Assembly (NCBI GenBank): GCA_024229615.1
Contig: JAAESG010000444.1
Location: 1-63,893, forward strand
Reading direction: 5' to 3'
Length of the DNA: 63,893 nucleotides
DNA from: Gammaproteobacteria bacterium
Lineage (GTDB): Bacteria; Pseudomonadota; Gammaproteobacteria; GCA-001735895
Shown here piece after piece: positions 20,579 to 30,114 of this stretch; position 1 is the stretch's first letter, and each line of letters starts with the position of its first letter. The notes beneath the pieces are model-generated. The model had not been told where the DNA came from. It was given only the letters and a program-made list of their open reading frames with translations, and made no database searches. A program made the translations under genes and the position numbers.

Positions 20579-20741
20579 GGAGTCTGTCGGGTTTAGGGAA
20601 TCGTAACGAGGCGAGTGGGAAATCGAGTCCGTTTTTTCGATCTTTTGAGGCGCATAGTGGGTACTACACAACGAAAAACATCGGAAAAACGGGCCGGTTT
20701 CCCATCGCCACAGCAGATTCTCCCTAAATCCGACAGACTCC
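20579..20741. repeat. Imperfect palindromic element of about 163 bp (long hairpin) between dtd and hisB
   Basis: Arms 20579-20641 and 20680-20741 pair almost continuously. The outer 24 nt (GGAGTCTGTCGGGTTTAGGGAATC) pair with GATTCTCCCTAAATCCGACAGACTCC. Two inner blocks pair as well: GCGAGTGGGAAA with TTTCCCATCGC, and TTTTTTCGAT with ATCGGAAAAA. The apical loop is about 38 nt. Confidence 0.8.
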
Positions 20742-21175
20742 TAGTCGAGGATAAATGTGACCGGACCGTCATTTATCAGATGAACCTTCATGTCGGCAGC
20801 AAACACTCCGCTCTCTACCCGATGGTATCTAGCTCTCGCATAATCGAGCATGGTATCGAAGATCTGCTGACCTTGTTGCGGGCTTGCAGCCGACGTAAAA
20901 CTGGGTCGTCTTCCCTTTTTGGTGTTGGCCGCAAGGGTGAACTGGGGCACTAACAACAATCCGCCACTGATATCAATCAGCGACAGGTTCATCTTGCCCT
21001 CAAGGTCAGAGAAAACGCGATAATTCAACAGGCGGTCGATGCTTTGGTGGGCTTTCGCTTCGTCATCCTCGGACTGCACTCCGATCAAAACCAGGATGCC
21101 CTGACTAATCTCGGCGACGACTTCGTCGGCAACCTCTACACGGGCTTCGCTGACACGTTGTAACAGCGTTATCAA
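20741..21175 (-). CDS. dtd: D-aminoacyl-tRNA deacylase
   Basis: I place the start at TTG 21175, which gives (M)ITLLQRV... (145 aa, the typical Dtd length) and overlaps the pip stop as TTGA. It contains the VPQFTL motif. The longer 153-aa track ORF is unlikely. Confidence 0.88.
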   Translation of the reverse strand: MITLLQRVSEARVEVADEVVAEISQGILVLIGVQSEDDEAKAHQSIDRLLNYRVFSDLEGKMNLSLIDISGGLLLVPQFTLAANTKKGRRPSFTSAASPQQGQQIFDTMLDYARARYHRVESGVFAADMKVHLINDGPVTFILD

Positions 21176-22116
21176 GTAACGATTTCCAGCATCGCATTGC
21201 AACTTTCAACCAGGGCCTTCGAAATTCCGTGCTCGGTTACCGCGTGACCGGCGTCGCCGATAATTTTGAGCTTGGCGTTTTCCCATTCATTTTTAAGTAA
21301 CAAGGCCTGGTCTATCGGACAAACCATATCGTAGCGTCCATGTACGATAAATCCCGGTATATGAGCGATTTTAGGCATATTTTCGATCAACTGATCAGGC
21401 TCCAAAAAACACTTATTACAAAAATAGTGGCATTCGATACGTGCAATACTGAGTGCTATATGCGGGTCGCTAAAATGATCGACGACGTTTTTATCGGGTA
21501 GCAGGGTAACCGAGGATCCCTCCCAGATGGACCAGGCCTTGGCAGCCCCCATACGCACAATTTCATTATTGCTGGTCAGCCTTTGGTAGTAGGCTTTTAT
21601 GATATCGTCACGTTCATCAATCGGAATTGGATCTATAAAGTGTTGCCAGGCTTCGGGGAAAATACGTGCCGCTTCACCATTGAAGAACCAGTTAACATCT
21701 TCGTCACGCCCTAAGAAAATACCCCTAAGAATCAATCCCAGCACCTGTTGGGGATGAGTTTGAGCATAGGCCAGCGCCAGGGTCGAGCCCCAGGATCCAC
21801 CAAATACAACCCACCGGTCAATCTCCAAAAACTCCCGAATCTTCTCGAGGTCGTCAACCAGGTCCCAGGTTGTGTTTTCCTCGAGACTGGCATGCGGCCG
21901 CGATTTTCCACTACCGCGCTGGTCGAACAGAATGATGCGATAAGACTCGGGATCAAAAAAACGACGATGTCCTGGTTCACAGGAACCACCGGGGCCGCCA
22001 TGCAAAAACACGACAGGTAAACCATCAGGATTGCCACACTCTTCCAGATACAGGGTATGAAGATCGGAAATCGGAAAACGCCAGGTCTTACCTGGTTGTA
22101 TGGCGGGGAATAACAT
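21172..22116 (-). CDS. pip: Proline iminopeptidase (alpha/beta hydrolase)
   Basis: 314 aa with HGGPGG and the nucleophile elbow GGSWGSTLAL. Confidence 0.92.
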   Translation of the reverse strand: MLFPAIQPGKTWRFPISDLHTLYLEECGNPDGLPVVFLHGGPGGSCEPGHRRFFDPESYRIILFDQRGSGKSRPHASLEENTTWDLVDDLEKIREFLEIDRWVVFGGSWGSTLALAYAQTHPQQVLGLILRGIFLGRDEDVNWFFNGEAARIFPEAWQHFIDPIPIDERDDIIKAYYQRLTSNNEIVRMGAAKAWSIWEGSSVTLLPDKNVVDHFSDPHIALSIARIECHYFCNKCFLEPDQLIENMPKIAHIPGFIVHGRYDMVCPIDQALLLKNEWENAKLKIIGDAGHAVTEHGISKALVESCNAMLEIVT

Positions 22117-22146
22117 ACGTGTCGCGGATCTCCGTTATAAAATTAG

Positions 22147-22164
22147 TGTAGGACCTGTCCTACA
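22147..22164. promoter_or_regulatory. GacA/UvrY-type upstream activating palindrome, TGTAGG-N6-CCTACA
   Basis: TGTAGGACCTGTCCTACA has the 6+6+6 geometry of the TGTAAG-N6-CTTACA consensus and matches most of its positions. It lies about 70 bp upstream of a TATACT -10-like hexamer (22234-22239) that precedes the GGA-rich sRNA candidate. Confidence 0.6.
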
Positions 22165-22245
22165 TGATCTATCTGTTTTGGCTGACAACCTCGTTGCCTG
22201 CCTTCGATATCAGCCCTGCCTGTGGGGTGCCAATATACTATCACG

Positions 22246-22385
22246 ACAAAGGGAGTGGTCGACAGGCAAGGATGACGCCACCAGTGCACGGATGCACATA
22301 CAGGGAAGTACCTTATTGTCAAAGTCAGTTTTTCTCTCCTCGAGATAGTCCTAGGCCTGGGCAGGAAGCAACCAGGCTTTTTTTT
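22246..22385 (+). ncRNA. Candidate Csr/Rsm-family (RsmY/RsmZ/CsrB-like) CsrA-sequestering sRNA
   Basis: The region has no plausible CDS. It holds five GGA motifs in about 140 nt: AAGGGAG at 22249, AAGGAUG at 22268, ACGGAUG at 22288 (in a UGCA-CGGA-UGCA hairpin loop), CAGGGAA at 22301 and CAGGAAG at 22362 (in the terminator loop). It ends in a GC stem followed by a T8 run. The 5' end is only estimated from the -10 hexamer. Confidence 0.6.
22355..22385 (+). terminator. Rho-independent terminator of the sRNA candidate
   Basis: Stem GCCTGG / CCAGGC with loop GCAGGAAGCAA, followed by TTTTTTTT (22378-22385). It can only function on the plus strand. Confidence 0.7.
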
Positions 22386-22409
22386 ACTTGGAATCGATAC
22401 AGGCACGAT

Positions 22410-23216
22410 TTAAAATCGACTGAAATCAAATAGTTCGCGGTCGAGCAAATGCGACGGTGACACCTTGCATAGCGAACTCAAAATACTCTCGACCCTGCCA
22501 GGATAAGTGTCATCCCACTGACGCAACATTGCCTTCACTGCCTGGCGCTGTAACTTCGGCTGTGAGCCGCAAAGGTTGCACGGAATAATGGGAAATTCCC
22601 GTCGCACGGCATACTGTTTAATCAGAGTCTCACGCACATAGGCCAGGGGGCGAATCACCGTGTTACGCGAGTCATCGCTTTTCAGTTTCGCCGGCATCGC
22701 TTTCAGATGGCTGTTGTAGAACATGTTCAGGAACAGGGTTTCGACGATGTCGTCGGCATGGTGGCCCAGCGCAATCTTGCTGGCACCGAGCTCAACCGCG
22801 GTATTGTATAAAACCCCGCGGCGCAATCTGGAACACAACGAGCACGTGGTTTTACCCTCGGGTACCAGCCGTTTGACCACGCTGTAGGTATCCTCTTCAA
22901 CGATGTGGTATTCAATCCCAAGAGAATCCAGGTAATCAGGTAGTACCCGTTGTGGAAAACCGGGCTGTTTCTGATCCAGATTCACGGCAATCAATTCAAA
23001 CTCGATCGGAGCAGATTTCCGTAACCTGAGCAGCATCTCGAGCATGCAGTAGCTATCAGCACCACCCGACAGGCAGACCATGACTCGATCTCCTTCTTCG
23101 ATCATATTGAAATCGCTAATCGCGCGGCCAACGCTACTGCGAATTTTGCGTTCAAGTTTTTCAGGGCGCAAAGTTTCCAGCGCGCTCGTGTCAACTTCCC
23201 TGGGTTCGCTGCTCAT
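22410..23216 (-). CDS. ttcA: tRNA 2-thiocytidine(32) synthetase TtcA
   Basis: I place the start at the internal ATG (MSSEPREV...), just after the trkH stop. Motifs: PP-loop CLSGGADS and the Cys motifs [10 protein letters not shown] and PCNLCGSQ. Confidence 0.9.
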   Translation of the reverse strand: MSSEPREVDTSALETLRPEKLERKIRSSVGRAISDFNMIEEGDRVMVCLSGGADSYCMLEMLLRLRKSAPIEFELIAVNLDQKQPGFPQRVLPDYLDSLGIEYHIVEEDTYSVVKRLVPEGKTTCSLCSRLRRGVLYNTAVELGASKIALGHHADDIVETLFLNMFYNSHLKAMPAKLKSDDSRNTVIRPLAYVRETLIKQYAVRREFPIIPCNLCGSQPKLQRQAVKAMLRQWDDTYPGRVESILSSLCKVSPSHLLDRELFDFSRF

Positions 23217-23220
23217 CGAT

Positions 23221-24672
23221 TTATTTTTTCCAGAATGCCGGCGTAAACAAGACCAGTAGAGTGAATATCTCGAGACGCCCCAGCAGCATAGCAACACAAA
23301 GTATCCATTTGGCGGGATCGTTGATCGACGCAAAGTTACGCCCGACGTCACCGAGACCGGGGCCGAGATTATTGAGGCAAGCGGCCACTGCCGAGAACGC
23401 AGTTTCCTGATTGAGACCGGTCGCCATCAGCAGCAAAATCATCAGGGCTGAAATCGCAAAATAGGCCGCGAAGAAGCCCCAAACCGCTTCAATGACATTT
23501 TCTGGCATGGCCTTCTTGCCGATCTTCACTGCAATTTGTGCGTTCGGATGAACCAGTCGCCTCAGCTCCCGAACTCCCTGCTTGACCAGTAACAGAATTC
23601 GAATCACCTTGATACCGCCACCGGTCGACCCCGAACAACCGCCGATAAAACTGACATAGAGCAGCAACACAGGTAAGAAACCGGGCCAACTGTAATATTC
23701 AGCGGTGGTAAAACCCGCAGTCGTACCGATCGAAACCACCTGGAACAAACCCTCAATAATCGATTCGGTGGTCGTATCGAAGGTATGCATCAATTGCAGG
23801 TAACCGATGGTAATCACGCTGACAATGACCAGCACCAGAATGTAGGTACGAAACTCGGCATCGCGCTGGTAAGGTTTCAGCGAGCGGTGTCGGAAAGCGG
23901 TGAAGTGAATCGCAAAATTGACCCCGGAAAGCAGCATAAAAACGATCGCGATGAATTGAATTGCGGTACTGTTGAAATAACCGATGCTGGCGTCATGCGT
24001 GGAAAATCCACCGATTGCGACAGTCGAAAACGAATGCGACATCGCGTCAAAAAATGACATCCCGGCAAGCCAGTAGGCGAAGCAGCAAGCCATGGTAAGA
24101 CCCAGATAAATATACCACAAGGCCTTTGCAGTCTCGGTGATACGCGGCGTTAGCTTGGTATCTTTTACCGGGCCCGGGGTTTCGGCGCGAAACAATTGCA
24201 TGCCGCCAACGCCGAGCATCGGCAATACCGCCACGGCGAGCACGATAATCCCCATGCCGCCGAGCCATTGCAGTTCCTGGCGGTATAATAATAATGAGTG
24301 TGGTAAATCATCGATGCCGACTATGACGGTTGCCCCGGTTGTGGTGATCCCGGATATGGATTCGAAGACAGCATCGGTGATCGATATATCGTACACCCCG
24401 GACAGGTAAATCGGCAATCCACCGGCGACGCCCAGCACCGTCCAGAACAAAACCACGACCAGGAAACCGTCGCGCAGGCGCAATTCCTTTTTCTGATTGT
24501 AGACCGGCAGGAAGAGTAAAAACCCTGCAATTATGGTCAATACGAAGGCTTCCACGAATGGCAGCACCGCACCATCACCATAGATCAGGCCCGTCACGAT
24601 TGGCGGTAACAAGGTAGTACTGAAAACCATCATCAGTAAACCCAGGATGCGCAGAATAACCAGAAGTTGCAT
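23221..24672 (-). CDS. trkH: Trk system potassium uptake protein TrkH
   Basis: 483 aa polytopic membrane protein with repeated selectivity-filter-like GxTxTG segments ([21 protein letters not shown]). Confidence 0.92.
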   Translation of the reverse strand: MQLLVILRILGLLMMVFSTTLLPPIVTGLIYGDGAVLPFVEAFVLTIIAGFLLFLPVYNQKKELRLRDGFLVVVLFWTVLGVAGGLPIYLSGVYDISITDAVFESISGITTTGATVIVGIDDLPHSLLLYRQELQWLGGMGIIVLAVAVLPMLGVGGMQLFRAETPGPVKDTKLTPRITETAKALWYIYLGLTMACCFAYWLAGMSFFDAMSHSFSTVAIGGFSTHDASIGYFNSTAIQFIAIVFMLLSGVNFAIHFTAFRHRSLKPYQRDAEFRTYILVLVIVSVITIGYLQLMHTFDTTTESIIEGLFQVVSIGTTAGFTTAEYYSWPGFLPVLLLYVSFIGGCSGSTGGGIKVIRILLLVKQGVRELRRLVHPNAQIAVKIGKKAMPENVIEAVWGFFAAYFAISALMILLLMATGLNQETAFSAVAACLNNLGPGLGDVGRNFASINDPAKWILCVAMLLGRLEIFTLLVLFTPAFWKK

Positions 24673-24691
24673 TTATATGACCGGGTGACGC

Positions 24692-26068
24692 CTAGAAGTA
24701 GGTAATACCGACCTGGAACAGTTTTTCGACTGCCGCGATCTTCTTTTTATCGGTCAGGAACAGGATCACATGGTCCTCGGATTCGATCACGGTATCATGG
24801 TGCGCGATAATAACGTCATCGCCGCGCACGATCGCGCCAATACGCGCGCCCTCGGGCAACTTGATCTCCTCGATCGGTCGTCCGACAACCTTGGATGATG
24901 TCCTGTCACCATGTGCAATGGCCTCGATCGCCTCGGCCGAGCCTCGGCGCAAAGCGTGTACCGCGACCACGTCGCCACGTCTGATGTGCGCCAGCAATGC
25001 ACCTATGGTCACCTGGTGTGGCGAAATGGCTATGTCAATCAATCCGCTCTCCACCAGATCGACATATGCCGCCCGGTTAATCAATGACATGACTTTCTTC
25101 GCGCCCATACGCTTGGCCAGCATCGATGACAGAATATTGGCTTCGTCATCGTTTGTGAGTGCACAGAAAACATCCATACATTCAATATTCTCTTCGATCA
25201 ACAAATCCGGGTTGGCCGCATCTCCCAGCAGCACGATGGTTGAATCCAGCACCGCTGAAAGCTGGTGCGCACGTGCCGGGTTAGTCTCGACAACTTTGAC
25301 CTGGTAATTTTTTTCCATCAGTGCGGCGAGCTGTCCGCCAATATTACCGCCGCCCGCTAACATGATGCGCTTGTTTGGTTTTTCGAGCTTGCGTATTTCA
25401 GAAATTACCGTCGGTATATGTTCGCGCGCGGCCAGAAAGAATACTTCGTCCCCGACTTCTATCACGCATGAGGCACAGGGTTCAATCGATTTACCTTCAC
25501 GGAATATGGCCGCTACCCGCATATCTACACCTGGCACTACTTCACGCATGGTTTTGAGTTCGCGCCCGACCATCAAACCATCGTGGTATGCCTTGACCGC
25601 AACCAGCTGCACCCTGCCCTCGGCAAAATCGAGCACTTGCAGGGCGCTGGGATGTTCGATCAAATGGTATATATAGTCCGTCACCAGAGATTCCGGGCTT
25701 ATCATGAAGTCTACCGGGATAGAATCCTCTGCAAACAGGCCAGGCCTGCCGAGGTATTCCGGTGAACGGATACGCGCAATCTTGGTGGGCGTGTGAAATA
25801 ACGATGAAGCCACCTGGCACGCGATCATGTTGATTTCGTCGCTATTGGTCAAGGCGATGAGCATATCCGCATCGTCGGCGCCGGCGTCTTCGAGTAACCC
25901 CGGGTAGGAGCCGTTGCCACAGATGGTGCGTAGATCGAGTCGATCCTGCAAATCGGAAAGGATTTGCTGGTTGGTATCGATCACCGTGATTTCATTGCTC
26001 TCTTCCCTGGCGAGTTCGGTTGCCACCGTTGAGCCTACCTGCCCGGCGCCTAATATAATGATATTCAT
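24692..26068 (-). CDS. trkA: Trk system NAD-binding peripheral protein TrkA
   Basis: 458 aa with two RCK/Rossmann N-domains ([14 protein letters not shown] and [14 protein letters not shown]). Confidence 0.94.
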   Translation of the reverse strand: MNIIILGAGQVGSTVATELAREESNEITVIDTNQQILSDLQDRLDLRTICGNGSYPGLLEDAGADDADMLIALTNSDEINMIACQVASSLFHTPTKIARIRSPEYLGRPGLFAEDSIPVDFMISPESLVTDYIYHLIEHPSALQVLDFAEGRVQLVAVKAYHDGLMVGRELKTMREVVPGVDMRVAAIFREGKSIEPCASCVIEVGDEVFFLAAREHIPTVISEIRKLEKPNKRIMLAGGGNIGGQLAALMEKNYQVKVVETNPARAHQLSAVLDSTIVLLGDAANPDLLIEENIECMDVFCALTNDDEANILSSMLAKRMGAKKVMSLINRAAYVDLVESGLIDIAISPHQVTIGALLAHIRRGDVVAVHALRRGSAEAIEAIAHGDRTSSKVVGRPIEEIKLPEGARIGAIVRGDDVIIAHHDTVIESEDHVILFLTDKKKIAAVEKLFQVGITYF

Positions 26069-26072
26069 ATTG

Positions 26073-27323
26073 TTATTGTTTTTTGGTCTGTAATCCCAGT
26101 GATTTCAATTTCCGATACAGGTGCGTTCTCTCCTGTCCGACGCGTCGAGCCAGCTCCGAAATATTATTCCCACTTAACGCCAGATGCCTGGACAGATACT
26201 CGCGTTCAAATACTTCCCTCGCCTCCCTCAGATCAAGATCCATATCGATCGTAATTTGCAGCTGGTTGTCAGCCTCGGAGCCTGAGCTGGTAACAAGACG
26301 CAGGGTCTGCTCGATTTCCGGCAATTCGATATTATCCGCATCGCTATTACTCAGTATCGCTTTGACGAACTGTTTGAGCTGACTGATATCACCCCTCCAA
26401 TGATGGTTACGCAACAGGTTTTGCGCGGCGACATTGAAATGTCGATACGGCAACTGTTCATAATCGCTATACCAGTTGACATAGTATTCCAGCAGCTCGG
26501 GTATATCCTCGATGTGATCGTCGAGGGATGGAATTGTAATCGCATCCTGCCACATACCGGCTATTTGCGTATGGACAGCGGCGTTGTTTATCAGTTCGCC
26601 ATGTTTCAGGCGGCTCGATACGATAAAACGAAACCTGGATTCGGAATTCAGAATTCCATCAAGAAGTTCTGCCTGCTGCTCCATCGCAAGATCACAAATT
26701 TCCTCGACGTAGAGATTGGCCCGCAAAGGTACCAACTGCCGAAGGTCCTGCGTGCTATCGAACACCTCCAGTCCAACTTCCGGTCCACTGAGATAATCGG
26801 CCCACACCCGTCTGCCACTGCCGTTCGGGCCGGTGAAAAAAACGGCATGATTTGATTCCCGCAATTCCTGCATGCGTTGTTTCAAAGCCCGCACCAGCGG
26901 ACTATTGCCAACGGGTTCTTCCTGCCTGCGCCAATTTTCCCGAAGCTCAGCCGCAACACTGCTCGCCAGAGCCGATTTCACGGTGCTCAGCAACTTCGCC
27001 ATGGACAGGGGTTTTTCGACAAAATCGATTGCGCCGTAGCGGGTCGCTTCGACTGCGGTTTCGACGGTACCGTGGCCAGACATCATGACGACGGGACAAT
27101 GATCTTCACCCGTAGACTTCCATTGTTTGAGTAAAGTTACTCCATCCACATCGGGCATCCAGATATCGAGCAACACGAGATCGGGATCGGAAACACGCCG
27201 CAGATCGTTCGCGGCTTTGGCATGTTCTGCCACGTCGACCAGGTATCCTTCGTCTTCCAGGATATCCTTGAGCAAAAAACGAATATCCGGTTCGTCATCG
27301 ACCACCAGGATGCGCGCACTCAT
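26073..27323 (-). CDS. NtrX-like response regulator: receiver, degenerate AAA+ domain and Fis-type HTH
   Basis: 416 aa. The receiver is [11 protein letters not shown]...[13 protein letters not shown]. The central domain has GPNGSGRR where a Walker A GESGTGKE is expected, no GAFTGA segment, and LYVEEI in place of Walker B. The C-terminal HTH is [24 protein letters not shown]. Confidence 0.8.
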   Translation of the reverse strand: MSARILVVDDEPDIRFLLKDILEDEGYLVDVAEHAKAANDLRRVSDPDLVLLDIWMPDVDGVTLLKQWKSTGEDHCPVVMMSGHGTVETAVEATRYGAIDFVEKPLSMAKLLSTVKSALASSVAAELRENWRRQEEPVGNSPLVRALKQRMQELRESNHAVFFTGPNGSGRRVWADYLSGPEVGLEVFDSTQDLRQLVPLRANLYVEEICDLAMEQQAELLDGILNSESRFRFIVSSRLKHGELINNAAVHTQIAGMWQDAITIPSLDDHIEDIPELLEYYVNWYSDYEQLPYRHFNVAAQNLLRNHHWRGDISQLKQFVKAILSNSDADNIELPEIEQTLRLVTSSGSEADNQLQITIDMDLDLREAREVFEREYLSRHLALSGNNISELARRVGQERTHLYRKLKSLGLQTKKQ

Positions 27324-29524
27324 GGCATCACCTTAGTTTTCAACGACTTGATCTCGGTACCTGCCTCGGACTCATTGGCGGCGATCGACACCGGTAAACT
27401 GATACTAAATTTTGCGCCGCCCCGGCGCGCCTTACCGACGCGTATATAGCCGCCATGTTCATCGACGATCTTTTGTACTATGGCAAGCCCGAGCCCGCTA
27501 CCTGTAGTCTTGGTGGTTACGTAAGGATCAAACAGATTGTGTGCAACCGCTGTTGCGATCCCTTCACCACTGTCCTCGACCGTAAACTCAACCCAGTTGC
27601 GTCCGGATTTTTCGATAGATTCTGTTTTCAATCTGATCCAACCACTACCCTCCAGGGTTTCAAGACTGTTCTTAATCAGATTGTGCACCAATTGTCGCAA
27701 ACGCACATCGTCCGCTTCAATCACGGCAATCGACTTATCAAGCTTCAATTCGATAATGACTTCGGCATTATCTTCGTGATACAGCACTACAATTTCTTCG
27801 AGCATAGCATTGAGATCGACCATTTGCGGCTGTTGCATCGGTGAGCGCGCGTATTCGGTAAAAGCGTTCACCATCGACTTCATCGCTTCTACCTGATGTA
27901 CGATAGTCTGCGTATATCTGTCCAGCATAGTCTGCTTGTCAGCCGTAACCTCACCCGTCAGCTTGCGCTGAAGCCTTTCCGCCGAGAGTTGAATCGGAGT
28001 CAGCGGATTCTTGATTTCGTGCGCCAAACGACGCGCCATCTCGCTCCAGGCGGATTCCTTTTGCGCCTGAATCAGTTCGGTCAAATCATCCACAACGATA
28101 ACCTGCTCGCGGCGTTCATCACTTTGCGACAGTATGGTCGTGCCACGCAAGCGAAGAATTTTCTTACCACCCTGGATAAAAATCACAATCTCCTCGTGCC
28201 ATTCATCGTGGCCACTTAAATGGGTCCGCACAGCATCGAAAAAAGGTGCCATCAGCGGGTATTCGCGTACCACATCGGTAATATAGAGTTCGGTAAAGAA
28301 GTAGCTGTCGACGTTGAATATAAGACAGGCAGCCGGATTACCACTTTTGATAAACCCGGTCTCATTGATGATCAGCACACCCGAGGTAATATGCTCCATC
28401 ACCGATTCCAGATGGTTTTTTTGTAACGCCTCCATGCGCTGACTTTGCTCGGCGATGGCACGACTGCGCGATATCTTGCGCGTCATCGTATTGAATGAGC
28501 GCAGCAGGAACCCGAGCTCATCACTACCCGACAGCGGAAGCTGCATTTCGTAGTCACCGGCAGCAACCGCCCTGGTACCCTCGACCAGGTCATTGATCGG
28601 CGCCACCAGCTTGCGCGCAGCGACAAACGCGAGCCAGATCGCGGACAGAACACTCAACAGCCAGATGATCGATAGCGCCAGGGTAAAACTTGTTTTCAGC
28701 GGATCTCGCAACACTGCCAGTTCCTTGTAGCGATCGTAAGCCTCCTGCACGCCAACGGTCAGTTCATTCAGTCGATCGGTAAAGGGAAATTGTGCTTGCA
28801 AGGTTTTCGCCGGCTCGGTCGCGTCCTGGCTTTGCACCAGAATGACAATCTGGATGGCGAGCCCATAGACCGGGTCCTCGACCAGTTTCAGGTAGGGCCT
28901 GTCTATATCCAGATCACCAATGTCCGCGAGCGGCAATGCTTCCGGCAACTCGGTCGAGTCGATACTGCTGGAGGCAATGATCGAATTGAGATGGTCGTAC
29001 AGGGTAACTTCATTAGCACCAAATTGTTCGCGTACGCCATCGAGATAGGCGATCAGAATCTCATTATCGATTGCGGAAATCTCGGTAGCGATGTCGCGCG
29101 TCTTGTTGAGTGCATCGCGTTTACGCAAATCGACCGCACTGCGGCCGAGTTGCAGGGAATCTTCCAGCGCAGTTTCGATACCGACGTCAAACCAACTGTC
29201 GATGCTTCGATGCAGAAAACTCAGCGAGAAGTAATAGACAACGCTAACCGGGATGATGGTCAGCAACACGAAGACCCCGATCATGCGCGCGGTCAAGTGC
29301 GATCCGATCGTTTTCAGGCGATACTGCACGATCAGCTTGTATACGTTGTATACGATCAGGCCGGTCAGTGCGACCAGGCCGAGCGCATTGAAGAATACCA
29401 GCCAGTTGTAGTACTTGCCGAAAGTAGCCGCCTGCGAGGTTGCGTCGCTAATCGTATATAGAGATACCATCAACAACAAAACCAGCACCAATATCGAAGC
29501 CGTATTGCGAAACGCACTACTCAT
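27320..29524 (-). CDS. NtrY-like sensor histidine kinase (multi-TM, HAMP, PAS, HisKA, HATPase)
   Basis: 734 aa. H-box HEIKNPLTPIQLSAERL, G-box GSGLGLAIVQKIVDEHGG, N-terminal TM bundle. It overlaps the regulator gene by 4 nt. Confidence 0.85.
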   Translation of the reverse strand: MSSAFRNTASILVLVLLLMVSLYTISDATSQAATFGKYYNWLVFFNALGLVALTGLIVYNVYKLIVQYRLKTIGSHLTARMIGVFVLLTIIPVSVVYYFSLSFLHRSIDSWFDVGIETALEDSLQLGRSAVDLRKRDALNKTRDIATEISAIDNEILIAYLDGVREQFGANEVTLYDHLNSIIASSSIDSTELPEALPLADIGDLDIDRPYLKLVEDPVYGLAIQIVILVQSQDATEPAKTLQAQFPFTDRLNELTVGVQEAYDRYKELAVLRDPLKTSFTLALSIIWLLSVLSAIWLAFVAARKLVAPINDLVEGTRAVAAGDYEMQLPLSGSDELGFLLRSFNTMTRKISRSRAIAEQSQRMEALQKNHLESVMEHITSGVLIINETGFIKSGNPAACLIFNVDSYFFTELYITDVVREYPLMAPFFDAVRTHLSGHDEWHEEIVIFIQGGKKILRLRGTTILSQSDERREQVIVVDDLTELIQAQKESAWSEMARRLAHEIKNPLTPIQLSAERLQRKLTGEVTADKQTMLDRYTQTIVHQVEAMKSMVNAFTEYARSPMQQPQMVDLNAMLEEIVVLYHEDNAEVIIELKLDKSIAVIEADDVRLRQLVHNLIKNSLETLEGSGWIRLKTESIEKSGRNWVEFTVEDSGEGIATAVAHNLFDPYVTTKTTGSGLGLAIVQKIVDEHGGYIRVGKARRGGAKFSISLPVSIAANESEAGTEIKSLKTKVMP

Positions 29525-30114
29525 GATTCAGGACGCTCGACCGCCCATTCATACCAGCCACTTTGTAAATCCCAGTCGTTATCCCATAAAGAGTTGGATT
29601 TCAATGGTAGCGGTAACTCGTCTGTATCGATACCAAACCGTATACGCGCATAATAATCTTTGTCGGCCGCCAGGTTGTTGATATCGAGCATGGGATAATT
29701 GTAAACCACTTCTATCGAATGCACCGCTGCTTTGCGATTATCGAAATAGGTTCGTTCCGAGCTATTAACGTCGAGCACCACGAAGGAATCGAGCATTGGT
29801 TGATGATGCAACAGGTACTGCTGCTTGAGCGAGACCACTTTTTCGTCGAACCAATAGCTTTTTTCCGAACGAATTTCGACTTCGAACATGACGGGTACCG
29901 CAAACCCCTGGTCGATCGCGATGGCGATATAATTCGGCATCGCGCTGTCGACCATGAGTGAAAGCATCAGGACATCCTGCTCCAGTTCGAATTCGGCGTG
30001 TTCGACAATAAAGGGATCACGATTCTGCGCCGCCAGCGGCGGCGCCATTGTTAACATCAGTACCAGACCCAACAAGGTCGATCGGTAACGTTGAACTGTT
30101 TCGAAATTCGTCAT
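29521..30114 (-). CDS. DUF4390 domain-containing exported protein
   Basis: 197 aa with a signal peptide. It sits between rsmB and the NtrY-like kinase. I recall that placement as typical for DUF4390 proteins, but I did not check it. Confidence 0.7.
   Translation of the reverse strand: MTNFETVQRYRSTLLGLVLMLTMAPPLAAQNRDPFIVEHAEFELEQDVLMLSLMVDSAMPNYIAIAIDQGFAVPVMFEVEIRSEKSYWFDEKVVSLKQQYLLHHQPMLDSFVVLDVNSSERTYFDNRKAAVHSIEVVYNYPMLDINNLAADKDYYARIRFGIDTDELPLPLKSNSLWDNDWDLQSGWYEWAVERPES

Noticed and set aside
20423-20671. 82-aa minus-strand ORF from the track
   Set aside because: It overlaps the hisB start and runs through the palindromic element. Its composition looks random and no family was recognised.
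20487-20740. Possible histidine attenuator or leader peptide upstream of hisB
   Set aside because: I read the minus strand of the whole gap. There is no short ORF with consecutive His codons. The structure present is a long palindrome, not an alternative terminator/antiterminator pair.
22355-22377. GGAAGCA in a hairpin loop resembling the SRP (4.5S) RNA domain IV motif
   Set aside because: There is no long closing helix pairing 5' and 3' ends, and no GGUCC/GGAAGG context. The hairpin is followed by a T8 run, so it is a terminator whose loop carries a CsrA-type GGA motif.
22143-22433. ORFs of 87 aa (minus), 82 aa and 89 aa (plus) in the pip-ttcA gap
   Set aside because: They overlap each other. 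One reads straight through a Rho-independent terminator, and their composition is not protein-like. The region is better explained as an sRNA locus.
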